The translations under genes were made by a program, and so were the position numbers. 64,000 bases of DNA from NCBI RefSeq assembly GCF_009914755.1, contig NC_060947.1, one strand, 5' to 3'. Under the pieces are notes generated by a model. It did not search any database and was not told where the DNA came from. It saw nothing but the letters and a program-made list of their open reading frames with translations. The DNA is from the human T2T-CHM13v2.0 reference genome, Homo sapiens. This document shows positions 26,350-39,700 of the stretch, one piece after another (the stretch's first letter is position 1; each line of letters begins with the position of its first letter).

Positions 26350-29300
26350 TTTGGGGACAATTTAAACCTATTGGGAGAAAAAGACTAGATTAAAAAGACA
26401 TACTGAAAAGACACTTTTCAGCATCTCCTAATGCATACATTATTAAACATAGCATACCCCAAGGAAACAGGAGGAATGCAGAATACAAATGACATTTTTC
26501 CACTGACTGAGACCTAGCTTCAAATCAGAAAAGAGGATGCCTTCACCCAACAGATGGCTACTAATGTCTTAACGTTAGGAGCCAACAATCATCACTTTAG
26601 TTGCAAGCAGACCCACACCTAGAACCTTAACCCTCATCCAATCAAAGAGCTAATTAACTCAGTTTATTCTTCTGTGAAGACTGGTGAGCATCTCAGGTCG
26701 AGGCAAAGTTAAAGCCTGGGTAACTTAGAAATCCTCAATTATCCTCTCAGATCAATTTACAATTTCTTTTTCTCTGGGCTTTACTGGGGTGTCAAGGTTA
26801 CTACTGAGGATAACACAGGGTGAGGCAAGGGAGAAAGCATGCACAACTTGATTTTTAAACTCAAATAAGGATTTCTGAAGAACCCAGTCAAAATATTTCA
26901 TTTAAAGCCTCTGAAAATACCGCTGAGACAGAGGTAGGTAGGTACATCAGTAGGAACCAATTGAGGTGCTACAGAGAGCAAACTAGATATGAGCAAACTA
27001 GATATGAAGTCAGATAGATCTGGCTGTGAGACAGTGGACATGTCAGTTACTTCATTTCTTCGTACCTCAGTCTCCTTATCTGTAATGTGGGGATGTATTT
27101 ATCCCTACACCTCATAAGAGAGCTGTGCCAATTAAATGACATGATGCATTTGTTAGCTGCTAGCACTGTATTTCACCCACCGTATGTGCTGGGATAGAGG
27201 GACAGAACTAACATTTACGGAGTGTCTATTAAATCTGAAAGTAATCATGGTTCTGGCCAAGCCTCTAAGTTAGGTGGGAAGGCATCATGGAAGAACTCTT
27301 CATTCTGGATTGAAATCCCTAAGGATAATTTTGTTTATCTTTTCCTGGTCTTAATATTTTCAGACCAACTGTTGGGCCAAGGACTGATATGGCACTATCA
27401 CAGTGAGCTGTAGAATTACGATACTCCTAATGAATGGAATTCTCCAAAACTCAGCCCCGTTTATACAGGGAAAATAGATGGGATCTGGAGTCAAACACAG
27501 AGACTGAATTTGAGTTCCAGCTCTGACACTTACTAGCTTTGTGGTCTTAGACAACTGACATGTCCATTTGAGCCTTGGTTTGCTATCACTATTGTATTCC
27601 ATGATGGCATGAGGTCTCAGGCCAAGCAAGCTACTCAGATCCTGGGATACAACACACAGGCAACACAGAGCTACTTTCCCAGTCTAGCTGGGACAAACCA
27701 ATGGTCATTGCAAGCTTTTACCCTGATGAGTTATGGGGAGGGGAAAAGAAATTATTTTTATGGTGATAACTTACTGTGGCGTGAAAGGGGCCTCTAGCAA
27801 TTCTTCTTGTTCTAGGAAATTCATCATAATAGTGATTCTGAATCACATATTATAGACCAGCCATACTCTTCATCACTTCATGAGCAGCCTCTCCTACTCA
27901 TCCTTAAACTTTTCCTTTACTCAACTCCAGGCCTTTCCCAGGAAATAGAAAGTAGAAAAGAATCATACACAGGTACACATACTGAGAGAGAGAGGAGGTG
28001 GGGAGGCAGGAATATAACAAGAGAAACATTTCTTAATCTCATACAAAATGCATACACCAAAACAAGTTTTTAATTTTTGTTCAAAATATTCCATTCTTTT
28101 GGAAGGGCCATGGGTACTTTAAGAAATATCTTTCTGAAGTGCAAAGAGGGAAAACCTCAGGTAAGTAACCTTCAATGTGTGTAAATTTAAATCAAGCCTT
28201 TTTTTATGACTGAGAGAAGGGCAGGTGATGTTCTACTCTTTCCCCCAGAGGAAAAAAAAAACTACCATGTATAACTTCTCAAAGACTATTCAAAGGCATT
28301 CATTAACTTTATACTTAACAAAATTGAGGGATATTCTACACCTTCATCACAGAAAAAAGGAAGAATATATCTCTGCATTAGGAGCCAGAGACAATCATTT
28401 TTAGCTGAACAAGGGTGCCAGAACAGCCAACCCATGCTTTCCCTTTGATTAGCTGGAAAGCAATCAATGCACTCTTGTTAGATTGGAGCTCTCACTCAGG
28501 ATAGAAACTGGCCTGATGTCCAAAAAGTCGGCAGTTCAGAGACTAATCCCCAGAAGGGATCTTGACATTTGCGCTAAGATCCAGAGTTGGCATGCTTATC
28601 AGAACCCAAGTTTAAGACTGAGGCTTGAAGTTGTTAAGTAATAGACTGGTGAGGCATATTCAACATCTTCAAAATTCACACGTTTATTTCATCAGCTGAA
28701 ACAAACAGCTTAGGTACTTAAGGTTTGCTTCATTTAGCTGTTTTACTAAAGATATTGGGTTTTAAATAAATATATTTATTTAACTTTAAAATTTATTAAA
28801 GATATGGGGAGGTAATACTTATAAATCTTAGGATTGGGGGCAAAAACATTATTTATTGAGACTTCTGCTTCTGGGAAAATGGAGATGAACTTTCTCCCAT
28901 TCCTTTCACTAATATAACTAGAACCCTTGGACATTATGTATAAAACAAACATAAGATGACTCTCAGCTGACTGCCTCTGATACCATTCATTAGGAGAAAA
29001 TATTTGCAAAACACATTTCTGACAAAGGACTAGTATCTAGAACATGAAAAGAAATTTCAAAACTTAGGAGTAAAAAAAATCTAGTTAGAAGGGTGTTAAT
29101 GTAATGAAAATGATTTCTATTACATTAAGAAGGCAAACCAGTGAGGGACCTTGAGTTCCAAGGAATGACACAGTGATAAGGTCTCTGGCTTTTCTTTTTA
29201 CCTTCTATAGCCCAGATTTGGAGCTGAGAAGCAACAACCTGGAAATACTTGTGGGCACGGACCAAATATAAGCCCCAATAAGAGCCTGCTCTCACTATCC

Positions 29301-30695
29301 AGAGGACTGGGAGAGGGGTAGACACCAAGACATAAAACTTTTAGATAATAACTGCTCTACTCCAGTCAAACAGCACAGGAAAACTGTGGCCCCAGCCACC
29401 CTCATGCCAATGAAGGCTGAGTGGGGAGCCTAGACTTCCACTCTGACTAGGCTATTAATAAGGTGTCGCAAATCTCCTCCTCCAGGTGTTGGTAGGAAAG
29501 ACCAAATACAGAGACAGGACTTTCATCCATGCCAGGTGATAACAAGTCTCCTACTCATGATGTTAATGGAGAACACATGGGGAGCATAGGCATCCGCTCC
29601 CCGCTTGGCGGTAACAAGGAGCCCCTCCTCCCAGCTGAGGTGGTGTTCAGAGGCGGCCTAGTGGGGTGTTAGAACCTCCACCACTGCCCAGCAGTAAGCA
29701 AGCCACTCCCCTTCTCTGTGGTGTCAGAGGCACTCCCAGCAAGGGAGATATCAGTGAAAGCCTAGCAGAAACAAGCAGCCTCCCTCCTCAGGTGTCAATA
29801 GAGGCCAAGTGGAGAGCCTGGACTTTCTACCTCCACATGGCAGTAATATGGCAGCAACCCCCATCACTTGCCAGAGTGGTGTCAGAGGAAGCCAGCTAAA
29901 ACAAGCTTAAATATGATTCAGAGTCTCAAAACATAATATCCTAAATATCCAGATTTCAATGAAAAAATCATTCATCATGCTGGAACCAGGAAGATCTCAA
30001 ACTGAATGAAAGAGAGATAATCATGAGACACCACAAGATCACAGAAATGTTAGAATGATATGATAAAGCACCCATTATAAAAATGCTTCAATGAGTAATG
30101 ACAGACATGCATGAAACAAATGAAAAAACAGAAAGACTTACAAAGAATTAGCAAGTCTTGGCAAAGATGTAGAATATATAAAGAAGAACCAACTGGAAAT
30201 CTTAGAACTTAAAAATACAATATTCAAAATAAAAAAACAAAATGAATACAGGCATACCTTGGAGATATTGCTTTGATTCCAGACCACTGCAATAAAGCAA
30301 ATACTGAAATAAAGTGAGTAACATGAATTGTTTTGGTTTCTCCATGCATATAAAAGTTATGTTTACACTACACTGTAGTCTATTAAGTGTAGAATAGCAT
30401 CATGCCTAAAAACAATGTACAAACCTTGATGAAAGAATACTTTATTGCTAAAAAATGTTAATGATCATCTGCGTCTTCAGTGAGTCATAATCTTTTTGCT
30501 GGTGGAAGGTCTTGCCTTGATGTTGATGGCTACTGGCTTCTCAGGGTGATGGTTGCTGAAGATTGGAGTAGGTGTGGCAATTTCATAAAATAAGACAACA
30601 ACAAAGTTTGCTGCATCAATTGACCCTTCCTTCCCTGAGAGATTTCTCTGTAGTATGCCATGCTGTTTGACAGCATTTACCGACAGTAGGATTTC

Positions 30696-30995
30696 CCTCT
30701 CCTCTCTCCTCTCTTCTCTTTCAGAGAATTGCTCTGTCACCCAGGCTGGAGTGCAGTGGCGTGATCACAGCTTACTGCGGTCTCTACCTCCCTGGGCTCA
30801 AGCAATCCTCCCACCTCAGTCTCTTGAGTAGCTGGGACTTCAGACATGCCACCACACCCAACTAAATTTTTTTTTTGTAGAGTTGGGGTTTCACTATGTT
30901 TCCCAGGCTGATCTTGAACTCCTGGGATCAAGCAATCCACATGCCTTGGCCTCCCAAAGTGCTGGGATTACAGGCGTGAGCCACCGTGCCTGGCC
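30696..30995 (-). mobile_element. AluJ nested in Tigger1
   Basis: CT-rich tail, then gctctgtcacccaggctgg...ctcctgggctcaagcaatcc...gagccaccgtgcctggcc. Confidence 0.92.
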
Positions 30996-31496
30996 TGACT
31001 TCTTTCAAAATTGGAGTCAATCCTCTCAAACCCTGCCACTATTTTATCAACTAAGTTTGTTGAATATCCTAAATCCCTTGTTGTCATTTCAACATTGTTC
31101 ACAGTATCTTCACCAGGAGTAGATTCCATCTCAAGAAACCACTTTCTTTGCTCACACATAAGAAGCAACTCCTTGTCTGTTAAGGTTTTATGAGATGGCA
31201 GCAATTCAGTCACATCTTCAGGTTCCACTTCTAATTCTAGTACTCTTGCTATTCCTACCACCTTTGCAGTTACTTCTTCCACAGAAGTCTTGAACCCCTC
31301 AAAGTCATTTATGAGGGGTAGAATGAAGTTCTTCCAAACTCCTGCTAATATGGATATTTTGATCTCCTCCCTTGAATCATGAATATTTTAATGACATCAA
31401 AACGGTGAATCCCTTCCATAAGATTTTCAATTTACTTTGGCCACATTCATCAGAGGATTGTCTATGGCAGCTATAGCCTTACAAAATGCATTTCTT

Positions 31497-32345
31497 TTTT
31501 TTTCTTTTTTTATTATTATTATACTTTAAGTTCTGGGGTACATGTGCAGAATGTGCAGGTTTGTTACATAGGTACACATGAGCCATGGTGGTTTGCTGCA
31601 TCCATCAACCTGTCATCTACATTAGGTATTTCTCCTGATGCTATCCCTCCCCTAGCCCCCCACCCTCTGACAGGCCCCTGTGTGTGATGTTCCCCTCCCT
31701 GTGTCCATGTGTTCTCATTGTTCAACTCTCACTTGTGAGTGAGAACATATGGTGTTTTGTTTTCTGTTCTTGTGTTAGTTTTCTGAGAATGATGGTTTCC
31801 AGCTTCATCCATGTCCCTGCAAAGGACATGAACTCATCCATTTTTATGGCTGCATAGTATTCAATGGTGTATATGTGCCACATTTTCTTTATCCAGTCTA
31901 TCATTGATAGGCATTTGGGTTGGTTCCAAGTCTTTGCTATTGTGAACAGTGCTGCAATAAACATACGTGTACATGTGTCTTTGTAGCAGAATGATTTATA
32001 ATCCTTTGGGTATATACCCAGTAATCAGATCACTGGGTCAAATGCTATTTCTGGTTCTAGATCCTTAAGGAATTGCCACACTGTCTTCCACAATGGTTGA
32101 ACTAATTTACACTCCCACCAACAGTGTAAAAGCATTCCTATTTCTCCACATCCTCTCCAGCATCTGTTGTTTCCTGACTTTTTAATGATTGCCATTTGAA
32201 CTAGCATGAGATGGCATCTCATTGTGGTTTTGATTTGCCTTTCTCTAATGACCAGTGATGGTGAGCTTTTCTTCATATGTTTTTTGGCCACATAAATGTC
32301 TTCTTTTGAGGAGTGTCTGTTGATATCTTTCGCCCACTTTTTGAT
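31497..32345 (-). mobile_element. 5'-truncated L1PA (L1PA7-like) nested in Tigger1
   Basis: Poly-T, ttatactttaagttctggggtacatgtgcag 3' UTR, and ORF2 C-terminal peptide [17 protein letters not shown]. Confidence 0.95.
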
Positions 32346-35300
32346 AAATAATAAGACTTGAAAGTCAAAATTACTCCCCAATCTATGGGCTGCAGAATGG
32401 ATGAGTTAGCAGGCATGAAAATAACATGAACCTCCTTGTACATATCCATCAGGGTGCTTGGGTGATCAGGTGCATTGTTAATGAGCAGTAATATTTGAAA
32501 GGAATTTTCTGAGCAGTAATTATCAACAATGGGCTTAAAATATTCAGTAACCCTGCTGTAAACAGATGTGCTGTCATCCAGGTTTGGTTCCATTTATAGA
32601 GCACAGACAGAGTAGATTTAGTATAATTCTTAAGGGCCCTAGGATTTTTGGAATGGTAAATGATCAATGACTTCAACTTAAAAGTCATCAGCTGCATTAG
32701 CCCCTAACAAGAGAGTCAGCCTATCCCATGAAGTTTTAAATTGAGGCACTGAATTCTCGTTTTTAGCTATGAAAGTCCTAGATGGCATCTTCTTCCAATA
32801 TAAGGCTGTTTGGTCTACATTAAAAATCTGTTGTTCAGTGTAGCCACCTTCGTCAATGATCTTAGCTAGATCTTCTGGATAATTTGCTGCAGCTTCTACA
32901 TCAGCACTTGGTGCTTCCCCTTGCACTTTTATGTTATAGAGACAGCTTCTTTCCTTAAGCCTCATGAACCAACCTCTGCTAGCTTCAAACTTTTCTTCTG
33001 CAGCTTCCTCAGCATTCTCAGCCTTCATGGAATTGAAGAAAGTTCAAGCCTTTTTCTGAATTAGGGTTTGGCTAAGGGAATGTTGTGGCTGGTTTGCTCT
33101 TCTATGCAGACCACTGAAACTTTCTCTATATCAGCAATAAGGCTGTTTCACTTTTTTTATAATTCATGTGTTCACTGGAGTAGCACTTTTAATTTCCTTT
33201 AAGAACTTTCCTTTGCATTCACAACTTGGCTGTTCGGTGCAAGAGGCCTGGCTTTCAGCCCATCTTGGCTTTTCACATGCCTTCCTCACTAAGCTTAAGC
33301 ATTTCTAACTTTTTATTTAAAGGGAGAGCTATGTGACACTTCCTTTCACTTGAAGACTCAGAGGGCATTGTAGGGTTATTAATTGGTATAATTTCAATGT
33401 TGTGTCTCAGGGAATAGGGAGGTCTGAGGAGAGGGAGAGTGATAGAGGAATGGCCTGTCGGTACACACGACATTTATCAATTCAGTTTGCCATCAATTTG
33501 ACAGTTTGACATCAATTCAGTTTGCCATCTTATATGGGCACAGTTTGTGGTGCCCCAAACAATTACAATAGTACCATCAAAAAATCATTGATTACAGACC
33601 ATCATAACAAATATGATAGTAATGAAAAAGTTTGAAATATTGTGAGAATTACATGTGACACAGAGACATGAAGTGAGAACATGCTATTGGAAAAATGGTG
33701 CCAATAGACTTGCTTGACACAGGTTGCCACAAACCTTCAATTTGTAAAAACCATAATTATCTGCAAAGTGCAATAAAGCAAAGTGCAATAAAATGAGGTA
33801 TGCCTGTAATCTCAACAGTAGAATGGAGAAGACAAAAGAATCAGTACAGTTGAAGATAGAAAAATATAAATTACCCAATACGAACAACAGAAAGAAAATA
33901 GACTGAAAAAATAAACAGAGCCTCAGGGATCTTTGGGACCATGCCAAAAGATCTAACATTCATAGTACTGAAGTACTAGAAGGAGAGAAGCAGAGCAAGA
34001 CTAAAAATATACTTGAACAAATAATACCTAAAACTTCCCCAAATTTGGCAAAAGACATAAACCTGAAGATTCAAGAAGGTAAGAAAATCCCAACAGGATA
34101 AACCCAAAGAAATTCATACCAAGACACATCTTAGTCAAAAGTCTGAAAGCTAAAGACAAACAAAAAAATCTTGAAAGCAGAGAGAAAGAAGTGACACATT
34201 ACTGATATGTGAAAAATAATTTGAATGACATCATATTTCTCATCAGAAATCAATGGAGCCAGAGGAAGTGGCACAATATTTTTTTCAACTACTGAAAGAA
34301 AAGAACTTTCAATCCAGAATCCTATGTCAAGAGAAAATATCCTTCAGGAATGAAGGAGTCATCAGGACATTCTCAGATGAGGCAAAACTAACAGCATTCA
34401 CCACTGGTGGACCTATTTTAAAAGTACGGCTAAAGGAAGTTCTGTAAATGGAAAGGAAATGACAAAAGAAGGATTCCTGGAATATTAGGAAAGAAGAAAT
34501 GACATAGAAAATATGTATGTATGTATATGGGTAAATAAAATAGATTTCCTTTTTCTCTTGAATTATCTAAGTTATGTTTGATGGTGAAAGCAAAAATTAT
34601 AACATTGTCTGATGTGGTTCTAAATGTATGTAAAGGAAATATTTAAGATAATTTTATTGTAAAAAGAGAAGCATAAAGAGATGTAAAGAAAGGTAAAGTT
34701 ACTATACTTCAAACTGGTAAAATGACAATATCAATAAACTGTGATACATGATGTATATCTAATACCTATAGCAACCACTAAAAAATCAATATGAAGAGAT
34801 ATACTCAAAATCTCTAAAGATAAATCAAAATGGGATTCTAATTAATGTTTAAGTAACCTACTGTAAGGCAGAGAAAAAAGAAAGTAAAGAAAGTAAAAAA
34901 GAGAACAAAGAGAAAACAAAACAAGATTTAAGCCCTAACATATTAATAAGTATGTGAAATGTAAGTGGTCTAAACACATCAATGAAAAGACAGAGACTGG
35001 CAGAGTGCATAAAAACACATGATTCAACTATATGCTGTCAACAGTAATTCACTTCAAATAATATAAGCAGGTTGAAAGTACAAAGACAAAAAATATACTA
35101 TGTAGATGTGAATGAAAGGAAAGAGAGAATGGCTATATTAATAGCAGATAAAGTAAGCAACCAAAGAAATAAATGGCATTCAGATTTGGAAAGGATAAAA
35201 TAAAACTGTCGCTTTTTGGAGATAACATATGTTGAAAATCCCAAAGAATCTAAAACTAACAAAATCAATCAGTCAAACAAACAAAACAAGTTCAGCAAGT

Positions 35301-36513
35301 ACGAAGCATACAAGATCAACATACCAAAAGCAATCACATTTCTGTATACAAATAATAGACATGTGAAAACAAATAAAAAACAATACCATTTACAGTTGCT
35401 GCAAAAAAATGAAATGCTTAGATGTAAATCTAACAGAACATGTATAGGGTATGCATGCTAAAAACCACATAATGCTGAAAAAAGAAAAAAATCCAAATGA
35501 ATAGGAAGACACACTGTGTTCATGGATTAGAAGACGCAATATAGTAAACATGTTAATCCTCTCTAAATGTTTATACATATTTAATGCAGTTCCTATCAAA
35601 ATCTCATCAAGATATTTTCTTGATATAGACACAATTGTTCCAGAAAGGCAGAGCAACTAGGATAAAGCAATTGTGAAAAAGAAGAATAAAGTAAGAATCA
35701 ATATACCCAATTTCAAGACTTTGATAACTATAGCAGTCAAGACTGTATGGTATTGGTAGAGGGTCAGACACATATATCAATGGAATCGAATAGAAAACAC
35801 AGAAATAGGCCCACACAAATATGCCAAACTTATTTTTGACAAAGTTGCAAAAGCAATTCAATGGAAAAAAAGATAGCCTTTTCAACATATGGTGCTGTAA
35901 CAATGAGACAACAACAGGCCTAAAAACAAACCTCGACCTAAGTCTGATACTTAAACATGCACACAAAACCTCAGAATGGATCATAGACTTAATGTAGAGG
36001 TAATGTAAATGTAAAACTATAAATATTTTAGAAAAAAATAGGAGAAAAAATTTGGGATCTAGGACATTGAAAATAGTTTTTAGACTTGACACCAAAAGTA
36101 TATATTAATTCATCAAAGGAAAAACCGATAAATTGGATTTGAGTTACATCATTCATTCCTTCATTAATTGTTAACATAGACTATCATGTTGTGGATACTG
36201 AGACTTTACAGATAATTAAAATGCAGCCCCTGTCTTCAAGGAAATCATAGTTTAGTAGAGAAAAGCAATATCTAAACTAACAGTTATGATGAGATGTGGT
36301 TAAGTGCACAGAGGACGGAGCTCTCCTGTAGGGATGAGGAACAGTTTGTAATACATAGCAGAAACCTTTAACAATGAGCAGAGACTTAGCAGGTAAAGGA
36401 GTGGGACACTATTCTAAGCAAAGAGAACAGTATCTGCAAAGGCAGAGACATGAGAGGACACTGTATTCAGGGAACGGTTAATATGTTCAAGGAGGCTAAA
36501 TGTATGAGATTTG

Positions 36514-36748
36514 TCCATACGTTGTCATCATTTAGAGAGGGGAACAACACACACTGGGGCCTTTTGGAAGGTGGAGGGTGGGAGGAGGGAGAGATCAACA
36601 AAAATAACTAATGAGTACTAGGCTTAATATCTAGGTGATGAAATAATCTGTATAACAAACCCCCATGACACAAGTTTACCTATTAACTCTTTACCTATGT
36701 AACAAACCTTCACTTGTACCCCTGAACTTACAATAAAAGTTTTGAAAA
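36514..36748 (+). mobile_element. Short L1PA (~PA13-like) 3' end with a 21-bp 5' inversion
   Basis: TSD atgagatttg at 36504-36513 and 36749-36758; body gaggggaacaacacacactgggg...tgaacttacaataaaag. Confidence 0.85.
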
Positions 36749-39700
36749 ATGAGATTTGAATGAATACATATCTGAGGTAGAACCAACAGGATTTGGTAAC
36801 TGATTTGATAAAGGTGAAGTGGGTAGCTGAGAGAAGAGGGGATCAAGATGCTTCTTGAATTCCTACTTTAAAGGACTAGGACCATTAAATGTGATCAGGA
36901 ACAGGAAAGGAGGAGAGGGCATTCTTGTTTCTGGATGGGGGGAAAGTATTAAAACATATTGAGTTTGAGGTACCTGTGTTTCTTGGCAAAAATGTCCTCC
37001 AGACAACTGGAAATATGAAGTTAGTATTGAGAAAATAGTTCTGGACTAGAGATGTAAATGTGTGAGGCATCAGTATTCAAATAGTTGATGCTATAGTAGT
37101 AAATTATGTTACATACTGAAAGGGCACACTGAGAAGCTGGGTGTCTGAGAGACAAAAAAAAATTGATAGAGCAAAGTCCAATGTTCCTTTTTGACTATTT
37201 GCCATTCGGTCTTCACAAAACTAGTTTAGATTCCCCTCAATGCATTAACATTTAGAGAACTCTGGCTTGAATAAGACAAAGAGATGAAAAGGCTGCCATT
37301 TCTCAGCCATTGCTGCCAACTCCCTTCTCTTCTATCTCCACATAGCATCTCTGGGGAGGTAAGGATCTGCTGAAGTCAGTAAAGAAAATTCCATAGCTTT
37401 CTTTGGTGATTTATTACTGACTGCAGAAAGTGATTTAGTTCTCTAGAAGACCTAGCTAAAATCCTTCCTGCTACAAATGATACTGTTTCTTCATGTGCTG
37501 TCTTAATGGAAAAAGAAGACAGTTAGATACCCTATTGTGTGTATCATGGAATTATGTTTTCCAGTCTGGACAGCATGGGGAAGTAGATTTTTCAAGACAA
37601 ATAAAGTGGCTGATGGGAGGCCCTAGGGTTGACAGGGAAAAAGATGTGGATAAGATTATGGGATTCAATTCCTGGTATTCTAGAAAAGTAGTTTTTTTTT
37701 TTTCTAGTCCTTGAAAGCAGTTATTAAATCACTTCTTCTTGTCTTACAAAACAAATATATGAAGAATCAAATACACAGCTTATTTATTTTGCAAGGCAAA
37801 ACTCCCCTATGGACATTAAATTGGCTGTGAAATGAGTTAAGTCGGCAATTTTGCTTTGGTTTTGTTTTGTTTTTGTGTTTGAAACCATCCATGGCAAGTG
37901 GCTATTTCTAAGGGCTTGAAAATTTTATCTTCTCTGGGTTGAATAATCTTGATTCTTTCACAAAGCCTTCACTTGAATGACTTTTCTATCCATTAATTAT
38001 TTTATATCACTTCCTTGATTGCTCACCAAATTCTTTGTACCCATCTTTAGCTATTATGATAGGATCACTTTAACTCTCTGATCAAAAACTGCGTTTAAAT
38101 ATTGTTCAAAACATTCTGTTCTGTGCAAGGGATATAAGCCCTTGAAAAAAACATTTCAGAGAAAAAAAAAGTGTCAGGCCCTGTTGTTAAAGGAAGTGAG
38201 CTGTACCGGAATATTAATCAAGTCCAGTTATTGTATCCAAATTAAACTGGTGTCTCTTAATTCCAGCTTGAAAAGCAGCAAAGTGGAAGGAAGAAAAGTA
38301 ATGCAAAGGATAAAAATAGAAAATATTTCCTGCTTAAAGAAAGAGAGAAACGGGATTTTTACATACATAGTGGCATCACTTCCTTAATGAAGCTATTCCC
38401 TTTTCTATAAATTCTGTCTGGTGTGGAAGGACAAAGAATGGTGGAAGGAAATCTGAAAGCAAAGATGTTGAACAGGTAAAGTTGGAGTTTCCCACTAGTT
38501 AGCTCCAATAGTCAAGGCTAGGGGAACATATCAATGGCCAACACAGTATGAATTATAGTTAATCCCTGAGAATGGCAGACTTGAGTATTTTGGATACTAA
38601 GGGAGGCCCAAGGATGAAAACATGCTTCTAGAGAACATTTTCATTTTATTTGAATTTAAATTAAGATTTGGGATGAGCTGATAAAAGGCAAAGTGAAGGA
38701 GTATCATACCTGGTAGTGCCTTAGCTGTTTATTGTTTTTAAAAATTGTTCTACAATTGCCAGTGGTTTTGGTTAATGTCAATCTAAGATATCTCAACACC
38801 GATATCTAGGATTTTTAATAGACAAAAGGCATAATTTTCTCTCTTCCTAATGTGGTAAAACATAAAGTTTGATTTGACTGGTGAGATTGAGTCTAGAAAA
38901 ATAAAGGGGAAAAGACAGCTAATACTTCTAAAGATGCTAAATTCTAAGTATCTGCATGCTCTCATTTCATCCTCAGTAGAAATCAGTGAAAAAGAGGTGA
39001 GAAAATGGACCCAGAGATATTAAGGCAGACGTCCAACTTATCAGTCCACTGCTAATCTTATACTGGTGGTCCTAGGTGTTCTTCCCAAAGTGACATTCAT
39101 GCATTCATTCATTGACTATTTGTTTATTCATCAAATACTGTATTCCAGGCTCTGAAGCCACGTCCTGGAGATTAATGGTGAAAAACACAAGGCCTAGCTT
39201 TATGGAAACTTATTGGTTCCTGACCAATTCTCCAAGTTTTAGGTAAGTCTGAGTTCTAAGTCAACCTATTGACTTCCCATTCTACATTCTGTTATCTGCC
39301 TAATCAGTGGGTATTCTTTTGGTTGTATGGCTGTGATCAACTCAAGTATGAGTCATTCAAAAGGGGAAAAACAAAATGACCAACCTATCTTTTCTCTGAC
39401 ACAATCAACCAAATTAGCGTAGGAAAAAGTTATTAAGTCACATCCATTCCATCCTGGGAACAGAGCAAAACCACTCCTTGTATTATGCTACATTATTTTT
39501 CAACAAAATTGTCCTGTATAATTGTAAATAATTATAAATGACTCAGTGGCAAAGTTTCCACCATTTCCTCTCAAAGGTTAGCCCACGCTCCAGTAATTTT
39601 TAGCATCAAGATGGTTTCTCTGATAGTCAGCCTAAACAGCCCTTGTCCTGATTTCATCTAATTAAGCTCTGATCTACCCTGATCTCATTCTATGCAATTC

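Larger units (their letters stand above)
30249..33806 (-). mobile_element. Full-length Tigger1 (TcMar/pogo) DNA transposon with decayed transposase, carrying a nested AluJ and L1PA
   Basis: TIR caggcatacct at 30249 and aggtatgcctg ending at 33806, each flanked by TA. Transposase remnants include [34 protein letters not shown] and [12 protein letters not shown]. Net length after removing inserts is ~2.4 kb. Confidence 0.95.
28858..36140 (+). mobile_element. Old L1M (L1MC/L1M4-like) with 5' UTR, ORF1 and internally deleted ORF2, interrupted by Tigger1
   Basis: ORF1 remnants (QLLKEKNFQSRILCQEKISFRNEG) and ORF2 remnants (YVENPKES, YKINIPKAITFLYTNN). ORF1 sequence is continuous across the Tigger1 TA site. 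Confidence 0.8.

Noticed and set aside
30968-33473. Transposase-like ORFs as a domesticated TIGD/CENP-B-type gene
   Set aside because: They are broken over several frames with stops and interrupted by Alu and L1 insertions.
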